From contig CM120648.1 of NCBI GenBank assembly GCA_051362555.1, positions 10,288,587 through 10,352,586 on the forward strand: a DNA stretch of 64,000 nt, in the 5' to 3' direction. The notes under the pieces are model-generated. The model was not told the origin of the DNA. It worked only from the letters and a program-made list of their open reading frames with translations, and made no database searches. This document shows positions 36,179 to 50,100 of the stretch, in pieces (within the stretch, counting starts at the first letter, position 1; each line of letters starts with the position of its first letter). Made by a program: the position numbers and the translations under genes. The DNA is from Lingula anatina (taxonomy: Eukaryota > Animalia > Brachiopoda).

Positions 36179-39100
36179 ATGATGCACTACAGCATATCAT
36201 CTCTCTCATCAGGAAGTATGTCAGAGGCGTCCAGTCACCCGTCCACACCTCCTCACTCCAGGCTGCGCTCTCGACGCAAGAACTACCAGTACGTCTCCCA
36301 CTCCATACGCACCAAAAACGTCTACCACGGAAAGCGCGCCAGTCCCATGTCTCCGCCTGGTCATGTGACCTCTCCATCTCCAGGGGGATCCAAACCAGCG
36401 CTGAAACCAAAACCAGGGAGAGTTAGTAATACGGTGGAGGGGATGGAGTTTAAGTTTGACCCTGTGTTTATTGCTAAGCTGAACCAAGCAGGACTTGGTA
36501 ATAGAGGAAATAAAAGGAATAGCAGGCCTCCTATCAGTCCCAAACCAAGGTATGGTAAAACTTTTTGTAAAAAAAAATAATAATAATACTGATAATTATT
36601 TTATTTGTTTATTTATTTTGCTTCTCGTTACTGGCAAAAAGGATACAGGGCTTTAGGCGATATTGTGTAAGGAAGGGGCAAAACATTTTTTGGCCAATTC
36701 TGACCCTCCACCTCACCCAGTACAAACAAACAAACAAACACAAAACAAAAAAAAAAAAAAACATAGCAGAGGTATATGAACTTCAGAAGTAAGGTAATGT
36801 GGGTCTCATTGTTATCAATGTTATCAATAATGTGGAGCTTAAGGGTGTAGGACGGACACTTAATTTGCCTTTTAAAAAGTGATGGATGGGTGGGGGGATA
36901 AGATATTCTTGGCTTTTGGATGAAATGATTGAAAATTAAAGCAATGGCTTTTTCCTGGTATGCTCCCCTGACTTTTTATATATTGCACAATGAAGTAAAT
37001 ATCAGGGGCATGCAGATTTAGATAAAAATACAATGCACAGACACACACTTTGTAACCTATAAAAATTACATGTGACAATGCACTGACACTGTTATCTAAT
37101 ATTTTGTTTTTATCAAGTGCTCCCAGTACTTCATTGCCATGCATAACAAGACTGAATATTTATCTATAGGTTGTGATTGTATAAGCTCTGAAAGATAATT
37201 GAAAAGAGTGTTATATTGCATGCTACTTTGTAAAGCTACTGCTTGAATTTATATCCTTTTTGTATTGGGATGAGTTTTTCTTTTTTTTTTTTTTTTAATT
37301 CTGTAATAGGTTATATTTACAGAATTTTGTTCACAAAAACATCTTCACAAAAGAAGGAGAAAAAAATAAGTAGATCATTTTATATGTATCACTAAATTTA
37401 AACGTTTTTTTCCTTTCTAAAAGGAAACAATTTGATCCTTCACGCTTTCATGATGCAGTGCACTGGATACCAACAAACATTTGATCAGTGACTCTTTGCA
37501 GTGACATGTTTTTGTATTCAGCCAGTACTTTGAGCCCTGATATTAATTCTCATTTCAGGTTACTCACTGATAACAAATCTAACAATGCACAGGCAGATGG
37601 TGAAAAAAGATGCAGCATTACAGAGATTAAAGAAATGTTTGAGGGAGACTCTGCCAGGAGTTCGCTGGAAAGAATAAAGGAACAATTTGAGAGCAGGACC
37701 GCAGTAAACACTAAGAGCTCTGCAGCAAATCAAGGGATCTCTAATAGGTCCAGTGCTGGTCCCAAGCCTTCAGTTAGAAGAGGAAAAGTGGCATCGAAAT
37801 CTTCTGACCCTGAAAAACCGAGGATAACGTCACCAGTGTCAGAGTTTAAAAATAAATTTCAAATGGCTTCTGTGTCAAATCAAGCACAACAAATCGTGAA
37901 ATCTGCAGGTTCAGGTGATCAGGTTGGAGCTGTGTCAAATTCTACTGACTTCCACACTACACACAAGGAAGAAACACACGATTCGTTTTCTGGCATGAAA
38001 AGGGTTCCTGTTGCAAAGCCCAGGAACTCACTGCACAAGAAAGAGCCCTTAACTCAGGCAAAACTAAATATATCTCTAGATCCCAAGCTTGTTCAAAAAT
38101 TTCAGAGTCAGGAAAGTAAAAGCAGCGCTGCAGCAGTGAGAGAAAAACCCATTTTAAGACCTAAGCCAAATGGAAATGACATCAAAGCAAGAATAAGTGA
38201 TTTTTCAAGGAATAGTTCTGACAGTTCAGGAGCTTCTAATACTCAGAAAAACTCTTTGACAGATATGGGATATTGTTCTAGAAATCCTACAGTAAGCCAA
38301 GTTAGTCAGCTTAAAGAACAGTTTCTTCAGGGTGCTGCTCAAAAGCCTAACATTCCTACAAAAACTAATAACATCATGTCTAAAAACAGTGGCATCACAA
38401 CCAAAAACGGTGACATCACGACCAGAAACAGTGACATCACAACCAAAAACTGTGACATCACAGCTCCACCTAGTCACCAACATTCCAGCCACTCACAAGA
38501 CAAATCAAAAACAACCACTCAACCAGCAAAGGAGAGCCAGAGAGACGGTGATAATAAAAGAGAATCCAAAACATTCCATGTGTTGCCAAAACCACACCAA
38601 GTGAATAGATCTCCCAGAGACAATAGCTATGCCTATGACGATGTGGTGTTGACATTCCCCACGAGGTCCAATCCTGAGGAGGTACAGTCCAGGAATGGGA
38701 GGTTACCCTTCACCATGGATAGAGAAAGGGCAGACAGTTGGTCAAGTGCATGTTCAGATGATGGACGGCCCTTCACAGCCACCTTTGCCCCAGGAGGAAA
38801 GGACAGCGGTGAGTATTATTATTGTATGTTTCATCATGTAGACTTGGACTGCGTTCCCATAGATTAGATCGACCTACTTTAGATTGACCTAACTCCCTGG
38901 GGGTTCACGCTAAATAGCTGTCAGCCGGGCGGACACGAAAGTTAATTATCCCCTTACAGCTTGTAGTAGGCGGGACGGACATTTAAGTCGGATTATCTGA
39001 AAGTAATCTTGTGAGACTCCCCGCAGGGATAGATCGATCTAAAATCTATGGGAATAGAGCCTTGGACTTTTTCTCATAAGCTAATCATACTAGCTGAATG

Positions 39101-42100
39101 GATCTCTCTCTGCTGGGCTTCTCGCTTTCAGTGTAATAATCCTAATTGTCTGGCAGGTCATCTTGAATATGTAGGGGTAATTGACTAGCGTTAATTACCC
39201 CCAGCAGCTTGAGAAGGCCTTTAAGCCACTTACATTGAATGCAGATTAGTGAGAATCCCCGGAGAGTTTTAGCAATCCAGGTAGTAAGATTGGTTTATGG
39301 GAACACTCCCTTGTAGCGAGCATTAATATCAGGTTGTAGCATTATTGTTTGAAGGTTAGAATACTTCCTAGAGCCAATAATGATATTGAGCAGTCTTGTA
39401 TCCTTTATTATTACTTGTCTTATATTGGATATTCGAATATCTTAATTTATTTTTTAAGGATCAGACAATCAGTCCCAAGAAGCAGATGAAGGTTGGATTG
39501 ATGAGGAGGTCATTGAAGAGAATACAACCATGCATATACTGCCTGTCACAAGGTAAGTTTATGCCCACTGTATTCAATGTGACAGTGTGTTAGGCATGCT
39601 ATTGTGACAGATGTGACAGTGTGTTAGATGTGACAGTGTGTTAGATGTGACAGTGTGTTAAGCATGCTATTGTGACAGTGTGTTAGGTGTGACAGTGTGT
39701 AAGCATGCTAGTGTGTTAGATATGAGTGTGTTTTGTGTGACATTTTTTCGAGGTGTGAAAATGTGTTAGGCATGTTTGGACAGTTTTTACCTTCTACAGC
39801 TTCCTAATGGAACACATTCATGAAAAACCAAGGTTCAAAATTAGTGGAATATGAAATATCAAATTCATGACTCAAGGTTTTCTTGTTTCCCCCTCTGCAT
39901 CATTCTTAATCGATAAATTTCTGCAGAATTTAACCATAATTTCCACACTTTTCATTTACTAGTACCACATAGGTCTTTGGAATGCCTGCACATAGCTATT
40001 ATACTGAATGTTTTTCTTTTGGAGATGATTTGTTTCTTATGCTGAATCAAGTAGCTATTTCCAGATGACTCACTGTGATTATATATATACCACACAAAGG
40101 GCATTTACAGCAACCTGTGTTATTTTCATGGTTTAAACATGTAGGAAAACACACTTTGTAGTGTCATAAGTCGGGTTCATATTGAAGCTAGGCCCATTCT
40201 TCTCTCTACAATGCCTTGAATGTGGGCTGTACTGTCCAAGCAATGGTCTATAGATAGATCTGTGCACCAGGATCTTTTAATTATTTAAATTTTGTCTAGA
40301 GCATTGGTGTGATTAGGCTAAGCATGTTGCCCTCAATGTTTATAATTAGAAGAAACAGCAGTCGGGTTCACATTGAAAATAGGCTGATTCTCCCTGGGAA
40401 GTATCCATCACAATGTTACATTTGTTTGATACCCTACAGTAGGTATCTGTGACCTTAATCACTATCTCTGTGATTTGTTTGATTAAGCTAAGTTCACAAC
40501 TAAGGTTGCCGGTAAATATTTCATTTTTTTTTCTACTTCATCTTTTTGAGGGATATATATGCCATGGGTATAGTTAGGTGATCTGTCTATAAAGAGCTTA
40601 GTTTAGTAATCTGATGATCCACAAAAGGTAATGAGATGGGACGTTCTGTTTTCAATGTGAACACTTACTAGTACTACTTAAGATAGTATCTACTCCAAAG
40701 GGTTGATATCCTGCTCTATTTTAACTGAATGTGGTTTTTATTCCTGTTTTAAATGTTTTTTACATGTCATCAATGCTAAGCATGTGGTTAAGACATCTCC
40801 GCCTCGTCAATAATACAACTCACTTTTAAGTGCCCTGTTTCTTAAAGGTGAATTTCTATTCCGAAAAGTAAAGTACAGTTGTGAAGATGACATTTCATAC
40901 CCCCTTTCCCACTGCACCTTTTGTTATGATGTTGAAACTTGGCTAGGCATATATATTTTGTATAATATATTGTCTGTGATTTCTTTGTCTATGGATGAGA
41001 AAGACTTCCTTTACCTCACAGACAAAGCTCCTAATCTTTAAATATAGGAAGTTTTTGACTCATTTATATGATATAGCTCATCTCTCATATCAAGATAAAC
41101 TTTTAAGAATGAAAGCAAATGCCCCCCCCCCCCCCAAAAAAAAAAAAATCAAATGGAACCATATTTTCTTTCCCTTATCTCAACCAGATAATATTTTTTA
41201 AAACAAAGGGCTACATTTGCCCAACATTTGCCAGTTCATGCTGATGACAGTACTAGTAGTGTAAAATACGCCAGTCTGTGTTGACAGTGAGTCATATGGA
41301 AGAAGTAGACTCTCATCTCATCATCACTCTGTGACACCGACCTGTTCTGGCCATAAATCTTGTCGCCAATAATATAAGTGTCCCACTGATAAATTATAGT
41401 GGGGTTATCTAATTTGTAGTTTTTAAGAAAGGAAATAAATAATGGGGTTATCTAACGGTCATTTTATAAGGAAGGGCGAGAAGTGGGATAAATAACAGTG
41501 GAGTGGTAATCTTGTCTCTTGACTGGGCTGAGACACTATAATTTTCATGCAGTTGTATTAACTTACCTTGTGTTTATTTTGTATACAAGTGGTTATGCTG
41601 TATTTGTGTGTTGTTTACATATTAAACAGTATGCTTTTTGGGTGAGATGCTGGTTTAACTGTTTTGTATACCTAGCATAAATTGGAATTCTTTCTTCCTT
41701 TGTGTATGTTGGTATTTTTTAAAAAGGCTTGACTGCTTGTTTGTCTGTGTGCTTGTGTTTTAGTGTGGTTTGTGTTACTTTCATGTTTAATATGTGTGTA
41801 TGTGTTGTGCCATTTATATTCAATTTCAATTCAATTTATTTATGTACTGGTACATAGATTATCATGACCTTGTACAATATAATATTTTACTAATGACAAT
41901 ACAGCTGGTGTGTATATGCATGGTTTATATGGGTGCATTTGTGATTGAGTGTGCATCAAGTTGAACATAATAGTTCTTGGATTGATGCATTTTGCTTATC
42001 CATGTTTTGTGCCAAAACACATTTGACTATATTTGTATTTGCACCACTGAAATATTCATATTTTACCAGGAAAAAGAAATCAACCACCCTAAGAAGGCGT

Positions 42101-45100
42101 GTCTTGAAACAGCTCCATCTACAGTTCGAAAATATCAACCAGAGGCAAGCAGTCTTATGAGTGCTGTGAATGCTTTCTTTAACTTTTAATCATGATAGTT
42201 GCATTTAGATACGTTGTCACCTTTCTTTCAATCTTTTCAGCCTTGACAGTCACATTCCTGAGCACATCTGTCAACTAATCACTTTTTTTTACTGGCAATG
42301 CCTAAAAGAAAGTATTCTCAGCTATTAGAGTTTTGCCAAATATCTTGAGTATTAGTAAGCTGGTGGATTACATAACATCTGGGTGGTGTAAAATTGTCAT
42401 AAGCATAAATTATGTGTTGAATCACTTCTCTGCATGACAAATGTTGTTGCTGAATTTAGCTTATTAAAATTGAAAAACAATATAAAATGCAGTTTAAAAA
42501 ATGAAATTTGGCCCAGCACTGTTATTACTGATACTTACCCGGTACTTCATTTATTGTAGCAAACATTTCAAATGAACAGTTGGATATTTTTCATTGACAT
42601 TAAAGCCTGATATTTTTTTCGAATGAAGAAGACTGACTGTTCTCCCATTATAAAAAAATTCCTGTGAACAAAGGATATACTACACTATTTCTATGTCACA
42701 ATTTACATAATCAAGAATTATGAAATTTAGAACTTCATTTATATTTGAACATTACATAAAGTCTCTCTGGAAATAATTTGATAGTAAGGCTGCAGAGAAC
42801 ATTTTTCCTGAATATTTTCTCTTTTATTATATCTCCACCAGATGTGTTGCTGCCACCCTGGTTTCACCATAATAGATAGAGCAGCTTTAGCCTGCTTGTT
42901 GGTCCAAAACCTCTAGAGTGAAAAAAAAATGATGTACTTCAATTTTTTTTTACTTCCATAGTATAGCTCACTAGTTGCTTTAAGACATTAGTCCTGCTTT
43001 ATCTTCATGGGCTTCTGCTGAATCTTACAAAGTCAAAGTAAACCAGAAATTTTGGTTTAAAAATAAAATTTAGAAACAAGCTAGCTAGTAGTAGATGCTG
43101 ATCACTTGTAGCTGAGAACACTTCAGAGTCTTGTTATTTTTCAGTTTTCCCCTGTACATATACAGCTGTATATATAAAGTTTCTTTAATATCACTTCTAA
43201 CTACTACTTTCTCTCATCATAAGATACCATCTATGAGCTAATTTTTTGGACATCTCTAATAATTGTTACTACTGACATTATTATGCTCACACAAAAACTG
43301 ATGAATTATGATATTCAAAACATTTGAATACCATAATCAATTGGGATCGATGAAACTGAAATAAATAAGTAGAAAGTGTTATCATTATAATTAGAATCAT
43401 ATAATAATGTTTTTCATGTTGGAAATAACATTGTTTGAGTATCTGAAGATTGAGGATGTCGGCAGTATGAAATATAAGGGTGGTGTTTGAAGTCTATGAG
43501 AAATATAATAACTGTGTATCCATTTTAACAACCATATGTCACGCAGTGTCATTATCTGAGATATTCCTTTGATAAAATACACTTGAGGGATTTCATGCCC
43601 TAATTCTAATCTGATGAAGTACTACACTTAGTCATCTACTCATTCACAGTATCTTTACATATTTAAATGTTTTGTATGCCTAACTCCTTATTTTACCACT
43701 GATCAAATGAAATGTAAAACTATTATATTCATATTCTCACTTAAATAATATTAAACTTTTTTATGGAATTCATACTTTTTAATCTGATTCAAAAAAGCAA
43801 TGAGCAACCCCCCCCCCCCCAAAAAAAAAAAAGAAAAAAAAAACTAGAGGTGACTGTGGCAGTAGCAGTTTTATACTATGTTAGCACATTAACAGATTCT
43901 TGTCTCTCTTAACCTCATCAGACTATTACACATCCCACAGTGATGTTGTCATCAGGCTGAGACACATAGCTAGAGGGGGACACTTAGAGTGCACTCAGCT
44001 CACACGAAATACATCTATAATGAAAAAATAATTCCGTTCACAGCGAAACTTGTGCTAGGTAGCTAGAACCAACTCTCCGGGAACACCTGCTGAATACAAT
44101 CAGATTAACAGATTAGCATGCCTCCTTATGTTTTACTCGTTATCACCAGCTTTTCGGTATTCTACTCAATGACAGAAGGCATGTTAATCTGATAACCTTC
44201 AGCAAGAGTCCCCACAGACTTAATTTGAAATTCCTAGTATGATAGTTTCATTGTGAACACAGCCTAAGTTGGTTCTGATGCGAACACATCTTGAGTATTT
44301 CTGCAGTAAAAACTGTCATGTCACCAACTGATACCAAAATACCTCTCGTGCAGACATTTGTCCTTATTATAGGCTATTTAATCTATAATTCATAACAGTT
44401 TTAAAGAAATACTGCTGAAGGCAGGGGATGTGTGAAATACATTTAGATGTGGAATTTGTATATATATTAATTCATTAAATTCACCATATTTTGGCTGACG
44501 TGCAAGTATACGCCCAACCCTGAGCAGTAGTGACTGTATAGGAAAAGTGAATTTATCAGATCTGTTTAATTGATAAAATGTGCATACTATATGTACTGTT
44601 AGAAATAGTTACTGCATTGAAGAAAAGACATTTGATGAACCATCGGTTAAATTAATACTTCATTGTTGGAAGAGTAATTAAAATAGTGAATTAAACTTTA
44701 TTATCTCTTGAGTTATAAATAACTCTGGCTTGTAATATCAGGGCTACGTGTGCATGTTTTATAAATGGCACACCAAGCTATAATAAAACTATTGCTCAAG
44801 GCCTTTATTTTGTATTCTCATCTCCAGTGATAGAGTCAAATTAAAGTGCTTAAAGATAATGTTTAATTTGAATTGCTCAGTGTGCTAGTGCCAGTACTAG
44901 TCTATATATACAAATGATTTTTGTAGTGACAGTGATATTTTGTATTTTAGTAGTAACCATTTCTTTTATCAAAATTCTTTAATTGAAATAATGTATGAAG
45001 CACTATCTTGGGGAATTGCAATCAAGCTGCATTTAATTCTTGATTGTCCCCATTTTGAATTAGGTAAAATTGATGATAAGATTATTTCTTTTATTTCAGG

Positions 45101-47029
45101 ATTATTAAGTAAATGATATATAACTGTTACAATTTTTCATCTTAAGTGATAAAAACACTAGTCTTACTTTTGGAGCTTCAGAGACATGCATATATTATAA
45201 TGCTCTTACTTATATTTTACAGAAAGCGAGCCTCATTAAATCGCCAGAGTACAAAGACCAGAGAGTGTCGTAGAAAGTCTCTGCCCCGACAGCGTTATCT
45301 CTCGGACCCGCTGAAACATGCACAGAGCGAGACCGTGGTTGTCGAGGACATTTACGATGATAATGAAATTGTAAGTACTAGCCGTATCACATGTTTGGAA
45401 GGGAAGAGCCTCCATTTTAATGTACTTCTCATATGTAAAGAAAGTTAAAAAAATTTATATTTAGCTAAAGTTATGGAAAGGAGGAGGTGGTTGCTTTTTA
45501 ATTTTTGAGAATTTTCTCTCTTTATCTTCGGCTGCCATTGGCAGGGACTTATGATGATGATGAAATCACAGGTACATGGACTGTTCATAGAAATTGTTAA
45601 AGATGTGTATTTAAGTCATGTCCTTACTAAAAGACAATTTGTCTGGTCAGTGAACTTTCACATTATTACCTTTCACTTTATTTCTTGAAGGTGGCTCTAT
45701 CAGTTTATGAGTTAACAAGCTTCAGAGTATATGTGTTGGTTGCTGCTAACTTATTCCATGCCTTCTTTTATTATAAGATATCCCTGGCAGACAAAGTAAA
45801 ATTTAGCTTCAGGTGACAGGTATAATAATTGGTCCACTTAACATACCCCATGCCTTGTTTTTTGGATACCCACCTAACATACTCCATGCCTTGTTTTTAG
45901 ATACCCCAAGGTGAGGAGGAGTGGGAGTCGGCATCAGATGATGGATATGAAGAGATTGATGAAGAGGATGGTCCTGTAGAACTCACGGGATTTAAAAAAC
46001 TGACAAGTTACGATGGACGCTCCGAAACCTCTGAGAGTCGCATTTCAGAGGAAATTGTACTGTTGCCAACCAGAAAAGAGACTGCTAAGGTATCTCCAAA
46101 ACTTATGTCAAAATTCAAGAGTAAAATTAATAAAGCAGCATCACATTTTACAATTGCTACAAAACATTTAAGGAAAGATTTGAAAATCAGCTCTGATGAC
46201 TATAGCATTGGTATAGGCAAACAGCACAACAAACACCTCGAACATAGTCACAGTGTGGCTTGTCTTGACAGTTGGGAGGAGTCACATGAAGTGGTGCCAC
46301 CTGAACAAAATAGTCCCGTGATAATCGTACCACATAAAGGCCCCATATCGCCTCCCATACCTCGAAGAGTGGAAAAACCTAAACCAATTCCTGCGTCTAG
46401 AGGCAAACCACGCTCAGATTCTGATACGGATCAATACAACACATTCCAAGATTTCACTGCAGGATCTGCTTCTAGTGATATTTCCGGAAATTTTGACTCA
46501 AAGGGTGTCCCAGATATTACAGGGAGTCCCCCTGTACCTCCTCGACTCACCAAACCCAGAGGGGTCACCATGGCAACAGTGCATGGTCATCTTAATAACC
46601 AAGAAACTAGGTCAGTATTTTAACAGTATGATAGGGTTGTTATGATATAGTTTGATTATTTGAACAGAAAATTATATTGTTCCGCTTTTGTGTTTTTCAT
46701 TTAATGTAAAGGGGTTTACTTTAACCTTAGTTTGTTTCTTTTGTTCTGTTACTATCTTTCAAAAAACATGCTTTATTTTAAAGTTGATTATTTTATAGAG
46801 CACATATTAGATATTTTTGTGTAATATGCCTTCAAATAATTGTCAGTGTTTATTATTGTTGACATCTTAGAAATAGCCGTGCCCAGTCGTTTGATATAGA
46901 TTCCAGTCACCTAAAGGCCTCACATATCGGGGAGCAAGGCAAAGCAAGGTCTGCTGAGGATATAGCCACACAGTACGACACTCGCCCTCCACCTCCCTTG
47001 CCCAGGAGTGGTAAGTCGCACACACATGT

Positions 47030-47075
<46 letters not shown>

Positions 47076-47120
47076 AGACAGAGAAAATACACTTGTGATT
47101 GTGAAGCTAGCTCTTTCTCC

Positions 47121-47158
<38 letters not shown>

Positions 47159-50100
47159 GTGTGTTGAAAATTAAAAGATAAATAAACACATGGAACCCCT
47201 CAAACCAAAACCAATTACATCTTAAAGCTGCTGAACATAGATCCAAGTCATGTGACAAATTATCTCCATTCTACAGCTTTTATGTACATTATACGGTAAT
47301 AACATCATGACAACATGATGATATGGCACTGTATAAAGGCAGTTAATTACATATTTTATAAATCACTTTCTCCAATGCCAGGGCCTCAGAAGCCCCCAAG
47401 ATTAGACCAAAATGAGGGTAATTTATCCATATATCCCCTAGAAGTATCTTGTATTCTTGTCTACATACTGTGTGGTGTGTTTTTGTGCTTTCTGTATGTT
47501 AATGTACTAGTAAAAATCAAGAGTTGTCCACTATAGTATAAGCAACATATAAGAGTGTTATTATATTGAGGTGCTGCCAAGATAGATATTATTTACTCTT
47601 GTACGTTGCATAGAGTGGACAACAAGTAGTTGTAACTGACTTATCCCATGGTTGATGTTTCAAATAATTATAGGATGATTGCATTTGTATTTTGCTTGGA
47701 ATGTATACATAGTGAAGCATATTAAAATTCAGGCAAGGGTGTTAGTGAACCACAAGTGCAATTACTCTGTTGTTTGAAACCCTAACCATAGGATATGAAC
47801 TACTAGTAGTTAAAAAATGAGTAACCCACTGTATGCAATAACAAGAGTGTGGTTATTGCAGTGTGCCAAAGATAATTACTTTTTTTACCACATACAGTGG
47901 GTAAACCATGTAACTAAGAATTACCGACTTAACCCAATACTGGTACTTCAAAAAATAGGCTAATGGCACTTATATTTCACTCACAAGATGTTTAGCTGTG
48001 CCCGTATTTACCCGTAAACGAGCTTTCATGCATGAAAGCATGATACACATTGAAGGGTATTATAATATATCTCTTGTAAACAAAAATATAAGCAGTGCAA
48101 TTTATCCTGTCATTTGAAGAACCAGCTATGGGTAAGTAATTTAGATCAACAAGATGCCCAGTGTTATTGCACAAGTTGTGAACATTCTTTCACTCTTTAT
48201 GTAATTTATAGTACCAAATATGTACTAACAGTTTGATGCTTGATTGAGGGGAAAAAGCAATGTTGAGACCAGGATCATTGGGTATTATACATTTGGAGGC
48301 TGCATGTTAAGATCAGTTTCCAGTGAAGATGGGTTGGCTTATCTAATTGAATTTTATAGCGGGACAGTGTAACTCGATCACTGGCCTTTTTGAGAAAATT
48401 AATTTTAAGTTGGACAGGCACAGGCCCACTGGAAATAGACTTTAAGGTATAATAGTGGTGATATTTAGGTCAACTCACCAAATTACACCTTTAAAGTGTG
48501 TTTTCTTGTCAGAGTTTGTGGATGGGTTTCACAAAGCACATTTTATTTTTTCCCCTTTGTGTGTCATTTCCGAGTCCTTTGTGTGTAATTGTGACTGAAA
48601 TATTTAACATCCTCTGTTTTTATTTCTTGTTAATTCAATATTCTGAACCATTAACAATGCACAAAACTTCTCTTAATGCTTAAATAAGTAGCTGATATGC
48701 TGATATGTCAGTGGTGATATTGAATGTATACTCACGGTTATGTATGTTTTCGTATCATTCATTTTATTTGTTACATTATAAATGGTCATTTTGTTTGTTA
48801 AAAATATTACCAAAAATATATCTTAATCAAAGTGAAGCAAATTTTTTGTATTAACTGTAATAATTACAGGTGGATGGTAATATGACGAGATACAAAATCG
48901 CACTTGCCACATAGGTCAGTCACATGACTAGTCACGTGATTAGTCACATGACTTACTGATGCATGCTTGTTCTGCAATATATTTCAGAAGCTAACAATTT
49001 TGTAGCTGGTGGTGGTGATAGCTCATATGCGGGAGTAGATCGCGATGGGTATGAGCTGGTGACTCTGCCTGCGCCAGGTGCAGTGCGCATGCGGCATAAA
49101 GCTGCTTTGATAACCAAAGATGAAAGGGCGCGTTTTTCCTTCCCTGCTGCTCGTAGCAGTCCTTTGGGTTAGTTAAATGCTTGCTAACATTGATTTAGCA
49201 AGAATGGCTTACTATGTTACATAATTATAACAAGCATAAAGTAGTACATCATATTGTACTTATTCATATGTATTGGGGCATAGACTTGAGTAACATGTTT
49301 AATTCTTTATTCATTTTCTTATGATTTATTTATCTATTTTTGTGCATTGACTTTTCAGTTTTAGATTTACTTATCTGCTGAAGCCTATCTGTAGCTTATT
49401 TGTTTGTAACCATGCTTGTCTGTCAATTCACAAAATGACATCGGTGGTCTTTGCAATTGATAAGCCTAGGTTATATTCCTGTCAATGAAAATAATAGCAT
49501 GCTAGCCTAAATATATATAATATACACATGTAACTGTGAAATACCTAACAATCATTAGAAGACTATCTTAACACATCCAGGTAAGTCTGAATATGGTTAA
49601 GTTCAAAGTGTTGATGGCCTTGACCTTTGCATGACCTTGACCTGATGACATTAGTGAACTTAATCATTGCAGAAAACAAAGAAGATAAGCCCAGAGATGC
49701 TGACTCCAGAGGCAGATACGTGAAAAAAGAGAACACGAGACCAAGGTACAGAATCCAGTGTGATTATTAAATATGTGGAACTGATGTGTATTTAAAATGT
49801 GCAGTCTTGTGCAGTCATGTAAAGTTACTCAAATATCTGCAACTACTACAATATAGCAACAGTTTTATTAGTAAACAAATATAATTTAAAATAGTCAAAT
49901 ATCTTCAGAACTGACCTAACAAAATTGCCGTCTTAGTATGCATATGTCACCATGTTTTTAAGTTATTAAAATTTTCTCCGGGAAGAAAGCACCACACAAT
50001 CACATTTCAAACCCTGTCACCTTTGGCTAACTGATATATCAAACTCTGTCACTCTCCAATTAATACTTGGAAATAAATTGTAAATTAACAGTTCAAGGCC

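Noticed and set aside
45545-45571. Possible 27-nt micro-exon resembling 'YDDDEI'
   Set aside because: The frame giving TYDDDEIT is incompatible with the phase-0 flanking exons; it cannot be supported without RNA data.
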